Assembly: GCA_010405405.1 (NCBI GenBank)
Contig: MU004237.1
Span: 1,127,345-1,191,344 of the forward strand
Direction of reading: 5' to 3'
Origin: Microthyrium microscopicum
Taxonomy: Eukaryota
DNA: 64,000 nt
Shown one piece after another: positions 28,553 to 42,445 of the stretch (positions are counted from its first letter, which is position 1; the number at the start of each line of letters is the position of its first letter). The notes beneath the pieces are model-generated. The model saw only the letters and a program-made list of their open reading frames with translations, was not told the DNA's origin and did no database searches. The position numbers and the translations under genes are program-made.

Positions 28553-31500
28553 TTAAGGCTTGTTGAGTTGTTCGCTGCGGAAGAACTTGAGGAATCCAAG
28601 ACACACGAGGACTTGGAAACCGAGAGCGACCCAGAACCAGGCTTTGCTAAGTACAAAGTCGGCGCCGGCGGAGAAATCGGGAAAAACATCACCGGGACCT
28701 GGGAGTGGTTAGCTTTTATGATATAAAGAACGTGGATGAAGGGAACTTACCAAGATTATTGGGCGCGATGGCTCGTGCTAATATGGTGGAGACGGAGCCC
28801 AGGACTTGAGCTGCTAATAAGGTGAAAGCAACATGAATACGGGTGAGTGTTTGCAAGAAGATCATGCCAAAGCCGACGCCTTGGATGGTATCCAGGAGAC
28901 CCAGCCAGAGCCACAACGACCGGCTAGTCAATGCAGATGAAACCGCGCCACCAGCCCAGGGAAGATATAACCCGATTGACGATGTTCCCCAAAGCATCTG
29001 GCACCATCGCGGTGCACCGAGACCGATGGCAAAGAGCGGTAAGATCCATGAATGCTCTGCGCTGAGCCTCGCAAAAACGAAGAGGAACATCATCCATATT
29101 ACGACAAAGAAGAGGATGATGAGTAGGAAGATGGACCACACTGGTGCCGCGCGGGATGACCACAAGAACTGCCAGTTGCGACCGTATGGCGCAGAGAGAA
29201 AGAAGTTCTGTACAATGACTGTGACCATTGTCCAGACGACAATCTTACGACGCGTGAGAGCGGCATAGAAGGAAGGGACTTTGCCGGGTGCTTGACGATA
29301 GAAGGTGGGCAAACCGAGCTGAATAACGATACCAACGCCCCAGAGGAGCAAGGCGATGGGCACTGTCACTGCCGTGATTTTGGGCGAGCTGGCAAAGTCG
29401 GTATATGCTGATGTTTGGGCACCTGTGGGTGTCTGTGATGATAGCAAGCTGCCCCAGTACCATAGTGCGGCGACGTACAGTTGCTGAGTTCCTTGAATAA
29501 CGCAAGCTCGGAAGATCCAGTCCTTGACAGGAGCACCGCCTTCGTCGCCAAAGTTGAGAGAGAAGAAGAGAGCACCGCTGGAAGAGGCTATTGCGTATAG
29601 GCCAGTGGCAACATTCTGCGTCCAGTAGCGACCTTGACCTGAACCAACGTAGGGAACGAGGCCAAGAAGAAAGAATGCGAGGCCATATAGTAAGAAGGGG
29701 GATGAGAGACAGTACACGGCCTTGACTCTGCGGAACAAGATCCACCAGATTATCGATGCGCCCAGATAGATAGAGGCGATTGTGTAGAGCTTGTCTGCGG
29801 CTTGACCAACGCTGCCAGTCAATAGTGTGACTTGGTAAGAGTTGGCCGCGATAATCTGACCGAATGCAAGAAGCAATGTGTAGATGGGCCAATCTCCAAG
29901 CTTCATTTGCATGTACATTTTCAGTCCAGTCGGTGGTTTGTAGTCAGAGCCAAGCAAAAACTCGTCGTTATACTCATTACTCATTCTTGACTCTGCTCTG
30001 GAATCATCGGGTGAATACCCCATGGTCAACACTGGTTCCTTTCCGGGAATGATTGATCTTCCAAGTCGGGCATCGCGGAATTTGTCGAACCATGACTTTT
30101 CGCTCTTGATCAGGAATTCTTCGATACACATCTCAGAAGACTCGGAGTTCTTTCCATTCAAGGCTTCAAGACGATGCTCGAAAGTGTTATAGAACTCTCC
30201 TGTGCTATCAGTGAAGAAGGGGTCAACCTTCTGCAAATTATAGTCTTTCTTTTCGCCAACAACAAGGTCAAGACTGAGGGCTGAAGACCTGTTGGAAGAG
30301 TTTTGGGCGTAGAATGGAGTTGGAGGCTCAAATGTCTGCGGATTGAAGGAATCAACTGACATGGCCGATGGAGCCATTGACGGTGCCATTGACGGAGCCA
30401 ATGATGGAGCCAGAGAAGCCAAGGACTCCCGATTGCCATACCGCCGATTTGAGAATTGTGGTGAATAGGCGGGAGTGGGCGAAAAGGAGGGCTTTGGTGA
30501 GAATGCATGTGTTTGTTGGTGTAAATCTCGCTGGGCTTGATATCTTCTTTGCAATTCTTCCTCTGTAATAAGCTGCTCCTCACCATATCGAATGTCATCT
30601 TCTTCGTCTTCTTCGGCCAAAGTAGAATCGGATACCTGTCGAAGGCCCTGCCCGTTATCTAGGCGGTTTGGAGCATGACCCGGGCCATTTCTCATACCCA
30701 GAGAAAGTTGGCGTCGGAGGCCAGAGCCTTGAGAGGGCTTATGTGCTCCCATCAGCGGTGAGTTTGAACCAGAAACAGGTTGCGAGAGGGAGAAAGGCGG
30801 TGTTTCAGCTCCACTTCCATTGCTGGATGACCTGGATCCCGGGAATACAATGGTTGGAAGGTCAGGTACTGGTGGTGCGTCAAGGTCCGCAGCCGCAACT
30901 GAGTTACCAATAGTACTGGATGAGAAATGTCGCGACATGCGGTGGAACGCATCTTTAGGTTTGTTGGCTTCCGTCTGGTGGATCTTGATAGATTTGCTTT
31001 GCAAAATTCCAAGGTCCTCCTTCCATTGCTGTACTGGAAATCGTTGTTTGGCTGATCGGGCACGCATCATTGCTCTTACATCTTGCTTAGATGCAAGCGC
31101 GGAATCAATTGCCTCTTTGAATTGCTTGAGCAAATGAGAACTTGTCGTGCTTTCGACGGTATACCACCATCCTGGCATTTGACCTAAACTAGAAATCGTT
31201 AGCTACTACTGTTCATAGCAAAGTCAAGTTTGACTTACCCGCCAACTCTCGCACCAACACCAAGAGCGCCCTTACGACCGAATTCGACAGCCACAAGACC
31301 GAAAGGCTCATCTCGCGATGGAATAAGAGCAAACTCAGCACCACTAAAGATGTAAGGAGGCAATGCTGTGAACTCCGGTTTAGAGTATACACGGCCAGGG
31401 TACTTTTCCATAATCTTTTCAAGCTTGAGAGCAGCGAATTTTCCGTAAAGGTCGATGACGGGACCAATGGCGATAACTTGTACCTTAGGGTGTTGTTCTA

Positions 31501-34500
31501 AAACGGCTGGGAAGACGTCCGCAATGAGATCAACTCCCTTTTGGACACTCCATCGTCCAACAAAGACAAACAACTCTGCGTCAGCACGTTGATCAAGTCC
31601 TGCCCACTCCTGAGCTTGTCGCTTGAGTTCAGTTCTGCCAGCTTCAAATGCTGGGTCGATGTGTATATCGCCTTCTTTTGGTAACTGTTTGTCCCAGGCA
31701 TCGGTATCGGTAGGATCGGGGTTTGGGAGCTAAGACTCATTAGTACATGGTTTTTCTCGCGCTGATAGACTGCTCGAATATGATGAGCAGAGATAACTTA
31801 CTTTTCCGATCTTGGTGAGACCCCAGAAAATTGGGTAACGAGCCCATGAGCGCTTTCCGTATTTGTTGGAAACACCAACAGCGCCCACACCCTTTTGATG
31901 GACACGCAAATAGCTTGCGCCAGCGTGTAAGAGATTGAAGACTGAGCCAAATTGGACATACTGCTCAACTACCTGTTCAGGAAGATTGAAGACATGACAC
32001 ACTTCTTCTCTTTCTTTCGGCGTACGGATTGGCCAAAGACCTTGAAATTCGGCGTTGTGGAGGGATAAACAACATGGGATGGTTCGTGGAAGTAAATATA
32101 GAGGAGCGGCTGCACCATGGTAATCGTTGATATGATAGAGGTCGATTGGGAAGCGGTCAATGGTCTTCGCAATGCACTGATTCCATGCCGAGTAGTAAAT
32201 CGCCGAATCAAGATCGTCCATTCGAGGTGGATAAGGTTCGGTTTTTGTTTGTCCACGGAATATGGGTGCGTCCAGGAGCACATATGTTATGTTTCTGAGG
32301 AAATGATACTGGACTTGGACTTCATATTTGTTTCCAAGAATCATCACGTCCATCGGTTCAGCAGCAGTGTCTGTTGGGTATTCAACACCACCTACACATG
32401 GAACGACCCAGATGAGATCTTGATGTTGCAAATTCTTGCCCATGAGCTGAGCCATGACACCAAGACCTCCGATCTTGATCTTGATAGCCCAGTCTTCAAT
32501 ATCGTATTCCATGGTAGCGATAAGAACAGTACGGCGTTTCTCTGAAAATGCGACAGGCATGCCTGTTGAGGCGCGGATTCCACCAAGGCTAGTCAGATTG
32601 TCTTCGTCGTCTGTCTCGCGAATTTTCTCGTTTCCTCGTCGCTTGCGCATAAGGAATTGACCGAGGGAGAACTTCTCGGAAATGCCAACTTCATTGAACT
32701 TGACACTGTAAAAACCACGCATGTACAGATAGACTGCTAGTCCACCTGTGACGAGAGGTAGAGTGGCTAAAAGCCAGAAAAGAGCTAGCTGCACCCATCG
32801 ACTTCCGACAGGAACCAAAGTGTACCCCAAAGTACCTTCGTTGACCATTAGCCTGTACGCCAAATATGGTGAAGGGGGTGGCTCGGTGAAATTGACGGCC
32901 AGAGAAGATAACGATGATGGGGGAAGTCGATCAAGGACTCCATCTCCATCGACATCTCCGTAAACTCTGGTCTGATCAGGCTGGCCATCAGGATTGATAC
33001 CCCATACGTTCAGCTGGAACATGTCTGGCCATTCGCTCATGAAGTGGAAATTCCAATTTGAGCCACCATCGATCTCGAAGCTGTTTCGAAGACCTGCGTC
33101 GAATCCATATTGATTAAAAGGACCGTGAGCAAAGATGTGAGGGAAACGGCGAGGAGGATCGGTCAGTCTGGCCAAGTCCGCATGCTGAACAGCCGAGCTG
33201 CTACCAGCTTGTTGACCCCAATACTGTGCGATGATATGTGTACCATCCCATTGTTGCTTTTTGGTGCCTGTCCAAGGTTGTAGTTGAAGAGTATCGTTAC
33301 CACCATGGTAGGAGGCCCAGTCACTCCAGGAGCTGCCCCAGTTGAGAGTGTATCTCCACTTGTCGGCGCCGGCTGCCTTGTGTGAAATCAAGAGGGTTCC
33401 ATTTGTGTCTTGATGGATCAAGGCTCTCGTGTAGTTGGCCAGTTTTTCAAAGACTATAGGGTTATCTGGCTGTCCAATGCGAAAATAGAATCGATCAACT
33501 GAGTTGGTAGCAGCACCTGATGTAGTGGTAGCATTTCGAATAGTGATGGAATGGACGCCGTTCGAGACATTATCAAGAGTCGCCTTCCATGACCATGCAG
33601 TTGGTATGCCACCCACGAATGCTGGAGTTGTATCGCTGGCGTTGGCACATGTTACGCTGCCTTGCACAAGTTGAGCTGCTCTCAAATCTTCAGTAGTAGA
33701 GAGAATTTCCAATGCAGCTGTCACTTTGTCACAATCCATCGCGGTGGAGAAGTGAACCTCGATGTTGACAGATTCTTGTTGGCCTGGAGCAACCTTTGAA
33801 AGGATCCTAGCATCGTGTCCTGGGAGGAATCGAGTGATCATTGGAGGTGGTCCAACCCACTGGTCCTTTGGCACGTATGCCTTGTATTCGTAACCAGTCA
33901 TTTTCAACTGATTGAGGCAGCCATTTTTGGACTTTGAATCGATTGCAGTGACAGTAACCGGCGAATCAACGAGCGTGAGTTCTTCATGTGGATAGAACAG
34001 GTTCTTGACTGTAGTTCCACTGGCAAAGGCAGACACTAATGCCTTGTTCTTGTCTGTGCAATCAAATTGATAGGTTATCGTGTCATTGTCGTTATGATAG
34101 ACGAGCCAAACGGATTGATTACCCGCGGCGCCTGCCACCTGAAGGTTTTGAGCGACGGTGAGTTCTCCTCGCAAAACACTCCAAAGACCTGTCTCGGTCT
34201 TGACTGTTCCACTACCAGGGTATTGTCTCATTTCGGTCTGTTTGGAAAGATCCTGAAGATACCAGCCATCATTGAGCACAGGAAATTGCAGTCTGAGATA
34301 GTGCATGTGCTTAATGATGTTGCGCACCGGATGTGAAGAATCACGATGGTCCAGACTGACATTGTCATCTAAGCAACCATGGCGTGCATCTTCCCAAGGC
34401 ATCTGATAGTATTGTGTACTTCCAAGTGCGTAGCAACCGTGTACTTGCCACGCACTGGAACTCGACATGGGCTGACGACCGTAAAGATAATTGCTAGCCG

Positions 34501-36125
34501 TACTATCCAAGACGTAGAAGGCTCTGTAACACTTTGATTAGCATGTTTGTAGTATCTGTGGTTCCCGATGTGAAACTTACTGTTCTTCTCCCCAAGTCAA
34601 CATTGGCACACCTGGCATATGAATGGCAGTAACGAACATCCCAAGCAAAAATCTTTGTGTGCCATTTCGAATCGCAGGCCAACGAAACACGTCCTGATTA
34701 GTAACACCATACATGTGTCTTGGATCAAAGAGTCCAGTGTTGGCATTCACAAAATCGTTGGTCAAAAGCATCGTGTTCCAAGCATCGGTCCACGATCCTC
34801 CATTGGCATCATAACCGGCTTCTAGGTTACCGTCCATGCCCAGAAATCGTGTCAGCGACCGATAGACTGTATAGTGAAATGCGGCGGCGTCAAGTGAGTT
34901 TTTTCCGAGGTCGCGAATATAGTACTTGCTGTCCGACGAGTTACTCATGGTGCTAGCAAAGGAAATATTTGATGGCACCATATTGGGTTGTCGTCCCCTG
35001 CCCAGATAGACGGACCCAAATGTATTACCACCTGTAATCTCGCCTGGCATGAAGAAATTGCTCTTGCCCACTGATCTGGCACATTCTCGAACATAAGCAG
35101 CGAAATCTGCATGCGCATCGACGGTTGCCTGAGTGGCTTTATCGAATCTGAAGCCGTCGATGTCAAGCATAGTGATAGCCAGGCAACTAAAGTGTTGAAG
35201 CTTCTCTCGAACTGAAGGTTCCCATTCTCTCAACCTATCTTGCACGGAAGCAAACTTGGTGATTTGGCGCTGGAAATCCGGGAACACACCAAAAGCCTCG
35301 GTGTCTCCGTACTGATCAAATTCCGAATTGTAGCATCCCACCATTTGGTCAGTGTAGCTTTTGTCAATCGGATAGCCTGTTTCGTTCCAGAAACGTGGAT
35401 ATGTACAGGTTTGGTTGTAGTCGTTGGAAGTTTTGAAGTCCAAGTACTGGCGAGCAGACTTCCATTCCGTCGGATGTTCTTTGAGACTAAAGGGTGTCGT
35501 TGTATTGAGGTATCCCTCAAACCCAACCAAGTCTGCCATTGTAGCGAAGGTGTTGTCCAAGATAATGTACATGCCACGTTTGTGGATTTCAGTCACTGCG
35601 GCCCTCCAATCGTCAATTGTGCCGAAGTGATGATCGAGGATAGTCAAATCGACAGGCGAATATGAATCAGCAGTCCATGGTTGATTGAGGAAGGGGGAAC
35701 CTGCGACGTAGAGGCCCTTTATGCCCATGCCTTGAAGATAGTCCAGTGAATCCATAAGGCCAAGGACATCTCCTCCGTGGCGCATCTGGTTGCTGAGAAC
35801 ATCGTGTTCAAATTGTGTACTGTTCGCATCGTCGTTGGAAGGGTCACCATTCACGAAGCTATGAAAAAGGTTAGACTCCAGCTATCTCAAGTATGTATAT
35901 AACGATAGCAACTTACCGGTCCAAAAAGAATGTGTAGAAAGGGAATCGCCAATTTCCAGGCGATTGATAGAAGGTATGGTTGTCCCACTTTCCGGCATAC
36001 TCCAGTGGGTTTTGCGCATTCTGATTTTGATTAAGGTTATAGTTAACTTCGTCAGGAATATATGGAGCAGCAAGTGAATGTCGAAGATTAGTCGAAACAA
36101 TAAGAAAGAAGTGAATTAGACGCAT
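28553..36125 (-). CDS. ags1: Cell-wall alpha-1,3-glucan synthase (GH13-like + GT5-like + multi-TM domains), 6 exons
   Basis: Signal peptide [32 protein letters not shown] (GH13), [36 protein letters not shown]-terminal TM block ending [10 protein letters not shown]. Five introns of about 50-70 bp. Confidence 0.95.
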
Positions 36126-39117
36126 GACTGCGAATGGGTTCCAAGACCCGAAGAATATGTGACGGAAAGCACCAATGAATCGCAAAATATGTGAGAGTAG
36201 AAAGGGTAAAACGAGTGTATGTCCTCTCAAGAAGAAAGTAGGCTCAAATGGAAAGCTTCAGATGGAGCTCCAAGAATACAGCATAGAGCATGGCGACATG
36301 GGCATCAGACTCATCCATCCCTCCTAGCACAACAGCCCCGGTCTCCTATTCTAGGCTTAGACATCTCGTACTCGTAGTTTGAGCGCCGTCATATCCTCTC
36401 ATGCAATGTGACGGCACGTCTGTTCTCCGGTAGCGCGGCCATATCTTCAAGCTGAAGGTTGTGTTGCTCTAGACTCAGCCTTACTCACTGAGCAATGGCA
36501 CAGTGTGATCCACCGTTTAGGCGATCCTAGATTGAGCAGGCAATAATGACAGTGACTTTGGCGTTCATGTCTGTAACAAGTAAGGCCAAGGGGGTTGTTA
36601 GTCAACCTAGACAGCTCTTATCAGGATACACAATATCGACTTGATGGAGGCGCCCATTTTGGTTCTGTGGATGTCAACACAAATTACCACTCGCTAGTAC
36701 TCCTTAGAATAACTGCTAAGAAGAAGATCAGTATTAGAAACCATGCACCCCTTAAACTGCACTGTCAAACAGGCGTAAAGATAGCAAACACAGCGAGTGT
36801 TGGTCAGTGTTGTCGGGCCTTATCATGATTCATCAGGCTGAACCTAGAGCAATACCGCCCCCGACAGCCACTGGATGCTACCAAAGCTTCATACCATATA
36901 AAATCCATTAATAGAAACTGTAGGGACTCCTCCAGAATTTTCGGTTTCCAAGCCAATAGTTTGTGCTTGCCACTGCTTGAAAGATTTGACTTTTGCGAAG
37001 ATCGATCCCACATCGAGGCCAATAGCATAGAGGTTCTTGTGTGCGGGCCAATGACTGATAATGTTGGAAGTATTCATTCAAGGATCTCATGTGCTTCTTA
37101 TGCAGCGTCTAGAATAGCCCCGGGATGTTCCACGGCACGAACCAAGCTTCGAACGTGTTGCTCTTAGACTCGTAGTTGGCGTAGTATTAATGCAGACTTG
37201 CGATTTTTCATTACCTAGTGCGAGTGAAACCGCGGAAAGTTTGCGATATTTCAGGCAAAGACATTGCCCGACGTCATGTTACACTGCTCAAGTCAGAATT
37301 CACAGAATCACCGACACAAACAAAGTTACAGTGGCCATATTGAGCTAAATCGCTTTTGCTTCAGGGTCTGGATACCAGAGACATTGGTGAAAGGCCAAGG
37401 CGGTGTAACCAGAATGAACCAGATTAGGAATATTAAGCCACTGTAAGATCCTTTTGTGCGAGGAAGCAACAAATCCAGGCAACAGAGCCGCACAAGTGTG
37501 ATGATTGAAATGATGGCCTGGGATGGGACTGGTCCATAACTGTGAGAAATGGCAACACAGATAAGGCTGTAACACGCCTAAGCAGCCATCTAGATATGTG
37601 TATCTGTAATCAACTCCTTTCCAAGGCCTTGGAAGGAAAATAACCAAGCTGCGACTGGTTATGGTGGAGTTGATTTGCCAAAAGGTATAAAGAAGGGCTG
37701 ATCTTCGGTCAGAGGGGCGTTGAATGGGCCTCTAGTCGGACCGGAACCCGGATACACAAAATAGACTCTCGAGTCGGGTCTGATAAGAAAGACCCTATAA
37801 AATGAAGGTTTGGAGGCCGATCCTGAATCCTGAGAGGTGTAGTAGAGACAACGGATGCAAGCAGCAAGGCGTAGAAGCTTGGGACGTTGGCAGTCTGGCC
37901 TAGACCCCCACGACGTGGCTTCCAAACAAGGAAAAGCTGCGCCCATGACGCCTCCGATCTCAACTCTCTGAGTCTCTCACCACTGACTGGCAGTCAGAGC
38001 CACTCACCACCACGTTGGCAAGGCTGCTCTAGACTAAGAAAGGAAAAGGTATACAATTATGGCGTATCTCAGCCTCGCCCAGCCTCTTACGGAGCCTTTT
38101 TCTGTCAATCCTCCGTACGGATAGTTCCGTTCCGACTTCTCCCTTCTTCTCTGTACCAGTACATATCCTCGCTCCTCTTATTTAGCCCCCAAAATCAAAT
38201 TATCCATCGCCTTTTGTGTATCTTTCTACCGCTGCTGATATTGACCTACCGCACATGGCCTCGAGCCTCAGGAGATCTTGCATACTTGCATTCATTTGCG
38301 CAACTGCAAACTGCTCGCGCATGTAATGTACAAGTCAGGTACCCGAGTGCTTAATCTGCCACCCCTATTACAAAAGAGGCGACTATCTGCAGAATTCATG
38401 GTGATTTTCAAGGCTCCACGTGTTCGACAGTTCGAAACATGCTTCAACAACGACAAAAGCGGAAGGTTCACTGCGCCTTGTACCAGACTACCAGTGCCAG
38501 AGAATCTCAAGGGCGGCGCGTGGATACGACTCGACTTCAGTTTTTGGAAATTTGAACCGTGGCTCGCTTCCTGAATCCTGATACACAATCAAGGAACTAT
38601 TCTTAGACGCGTGAACAATCACCTAACTAGATTACCGCGCGCGTTCCTTGCATGAGAGCTGAAGCCTGAGATGCCACCCCTTGAAAAGGCTTCCAGCGCC
38701 AAATATCAGGGGCTTGATCACATCTCGATACTGGTAGAAGCATACTGTTCTCCAAAAAGGGGTGCATTTCATTGTGATATGAAACATGGTTTGTTTTGAT
38801 AGACCATTTAGTTCAACATGCTGTTGGCCATGACAAACGGGGCACTGGCTTCTAACCACCCAACACACAATTTCGTTTGCACACAATACTGGCGGGTTGT
38901 ACGTGTTACAACCATTCTTGTGTTATACATTTCCATTCTTTTCAAATTTAACCACTGGCTGGTTAATTCATACAATTACTGGTGCTATCAGTGTATCGTA
39001 GCTTAACAGCTTTCAAGTATCAAGCTTCTCAATCCTGTTGTCAGTCTTTACCAAAAAGGTTGTATCGTCAACCTATTCAAGGAATATTATTCCATCACGT
39101 TCTTTACTTTCATCAAG

Positions 39118-40479
39118 ATGATCTTCGGGGCTCGCCTGGCAGCGATCTTCCTATTCCTGGTTACCGCAGCCACTGCGCAAGACGTCTTTGCCCATGTCAT
39201 TGTATGTTTCTCAGCCATCAAATGTTTATAAACAATCAGTTCCTAACATCTCATTTCCTAGGTTGGAAACACTTTCAACTACGACGCTACAAAATGGCAG
39301 AGTGACATTGCTCTCGCTCAAAATTATGGCATTGACGCCTTTGTGCTCAACATCGCGACCCCATTAGCCACATCTCAAGCGACAGTCTCCAATGCATTCC
39401 AGGCTGCTGATGCTGCGGGATTCAAGCTCTTCTTCTCATTCGACTATCTTGGTGGAGCAGGCCCCTGGCCCGCAGGCGATGTCAGCAGTCTGTTGAAACA
39501 ATACGCCAGCCATCCCTCGTACTTCAAATACAACAATGCTGCCTTTGTCTCCACCTTCGAAGGCACTGGCAACATTGGCGACTGGGCTGGCATTCGCGGA
39601 AGTGTACCAGGAGGCATCTTCTTCATGCCCGACTGGACCAGTCTTGGACCAGATGGACTCAAGGCCAATCTAGGAGTAGTCGATGGCTTCTTTTCATGGG
39701 ACATGTGGCCTTCCGACCCAACTCAAAAAGTCCCAACATCAGACACCGCATACATAAACGCGCTCGGCGGCAAGCCATACATGATGGGTATCTCTCCCTG
39801 GTTCTACACGCGCTTACCAGGCTACAACAAAGCATGGGTCTTCAACGTCGACACGCTCTGGTACTCCCGATGGGAGCAAGCGCTGACGCTAAAACCCCAG
39901 TTCATCGAACTTGTCACCTGGAACGACTTTGGAGAATCCCACTACCTCGGACCTGTGTTCCAGCCAGGCGTGCCCACTGGTGCTGGCACTGACGCTACCG
40001 CCTACGTTGACGGTATGCCCCATGAGGGATGGATGGAACTGTTGCCATACTACGTCAGTGCCTACAAGAACGGAAGCATACCCGTCCAGCAGACCGACAA
40101 GCTCGTGTACTGGTACCGACGAACTCCAAAGTCTGCTGGCAGCCCAGGCGGTGTGTTAGGTGGGTTTCCATACGGTGCGCAATTCGATCCAAACTCTGAG
40201 GTTCAGGACAACGTCTACATGGTCGCACTGTTGGGCCCAACGCCGGGAGCTTCCGTACAGGTGCAAATCGGAAACAACGCGCCCACTATTCTATCTACAG
40301 GTCTGGCAGCCGGAGCGAACCTACTGCAAGTACCTTTCAACGGACAGACGGGTAATGTCACTGTCAGTGTTATCCGCAATGGGGCTCCAGTGTTCACTGG
40401 CACAGGGGCCACCATAGATGCGTCTCCAGTGAGTGGCATTACCAACTACAATGTCTGGGTCGGGCAAGCGCACCCTTAG
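39118..40479 (+). CDS. Secreted GH71 alpha-1,3-glucanase (mutanase), 2 exons
   Basis: Signal peptide, VFAHVI/VGN, GIDAFVLNI, FKLFFSFDY, VSTFEG, YMMGISPWFY and TWNDFGESHY motifs. Intron about 39202-39261. Confidence 0.92.
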
Positions 40480-42445
40480 GGAATGCGCTTGACGAAATGG
40501 ACATGCAGGTTTGCTTAAACACTTCTGAAAATACTGTAGTTTATAAAAACATGTACTTTAAGTTTCACAAATATATGACTTGATCGTTCGAGACTTTCAT
40601 GAACTTGTGGGTCTTTGGAAGCACTATAAATAGCGCGACAGGAAATCCAGTTTTAAAGCACTAGGAGTCGTTGAGTGGTTGGGATCTTCCAACTTCCAGG
40701 ATGTGCTCTTTCCACTCATCCAAACGCATCATTCATGCTTACAAGTGTAAGGCTAGAAAACCTAATCATTTTTATTGTTTTTATCCTTGAAATGGGTAGT
40801 GCTCACCGCCCTTATCGCGACGACATGTCTCGTATACGCCACATGGGACCCAATTTTGGGATGAGTATTCATGACTGAGCATTTTGCAAAAGGTCCTATC
40901 TCTGAATGTAACAAAGTCGGTACTGAAATAGATTATCCATAATCTTCCTCTTGTAGACAAAGTAAGCGATAGGTTTGATAGTTGAGTGCATAAGCAAGCA
41001 AAATGTGGTTCTAAAATAGCAAACTAATCTTTTCAAATGCACAAGTGACAAAGAGGCAAATCATCCTACGGCATTTCATGCATCCGTATTTTCACTTTTC
41101 TACCATTCGCTGTCACAGTGACATCCCCAAAGGGACGACACAAGAGGGGAGATCGACGGCGAAGCGTAAATGCATCCATCACTGCTGCAGTTCTTTCGTA
41201 GCATGAATTCAAATCATAGTAGTCTCTCTTCGAATCATGCTGTGCGTTCCTAAGAATTGCAATTACTCCACGTCATCTTGGTATACTACCTTTTGCTTCC
41301 ATTTGCTTGAGGAAAGGTTCTGTCAGAGTTTGATATTTGTCGCCTGTATCCTTCGGGCCTGAAGATCCAAGAAGAATGCAGCCGGGCGAATGGACATGCT
41401 CAACATTTGAGTTCTGAAGCTTATCGCCCACATTCCCCCAAATTCTGTTTTTTTCAATCACAGTCGAACTGAGGAATGCTGTAAGACCGAGGAGCGTTTT
41501 CTCTTGCACGAACTGTGAGATCAACTGCGTTTCGCAGTACCTTAGTGATTGAGCTTGGCTGTTGTGCTTATTTTCAGTATTCACGCCAATTGAGGTATCG
41601 TTGCCAATCTTGATATTAGTAAAATTGCGGTAGAGTCTGCTTCTTTGCAATTTCTTCGATTAGATACAGTCGAATATGCTGTTCGTCCTCAGTAATCTTT
41701 CTCCATTGGCTGGTGATTCTCAGCTTCAAGGCCTCCTGTAGCTGAGATTCATCCCATGTTATGAGTTACAAGCCACTTATGAGTTTCTCTCTCACTACCC
41801 GCGTAACTGGTCTCTATATCGAGAGTAAATGTCCTGTTAATGAGATCAATTTTGTCAGTACGAGAACATTAAAAGTTACCCGGGTGGAGATACTCATTCT
41901 ATTGATGTTCGTATTGTACAGTGTAATTGAGGAACTGAGATCGAACACTGGGCCTGTCTCTTTACCAGACTTGATCAGTCTTATGTTATTGTCATGAGCA
42001 TGTGGTACGACAAAGTACTTGAGAGTTTCTCGAGCATTACCTTGTTAATTGCATAAGACCAGAATGAAGTATCCAAGCATTCAATTTCAAGTTGGTGCTT
42101 CTCGTGATAGGAATATATCGCAATTCGAATGGACTCAATGGCATGGAATCATCACCACAACGTCGGCCATAATTCCCACAGCTTCCCTGAGGCCACTTAC
42201 CGATTATGATTTGGTTAACAGCGAAGGCTTCTTGCTCTCTGGTCTTGAAAATAGCTTAATGAAAGGTGGCGAGGAGACTTTTTGTTCACAATGAGACGAC
42301 TGAGATTGACTGACCCTTGCCGTGGCCAATTGACAACAGCCCTGGATATAACTCCATAGCATCTTGCCTGACAGCTTAATAACAGAAAAGATGGGGTTGT
42401 GTATGCAATATCGTCACAAGTTCGTATTTTGGTAACTACGTCTAT

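Noticed and set aside
36200..39100. ORFs in the ags1-GH71 intergenic region and 46200-48900
   Set aside because: Short, overlapping and motif-less; consistent with chance ORFs.
41273..42300. Possible degenerate or orphan gene on the minus strand
   Set aside because: Intron-like signals are present, but I could not assemble a stop-free model or recognise a domain.
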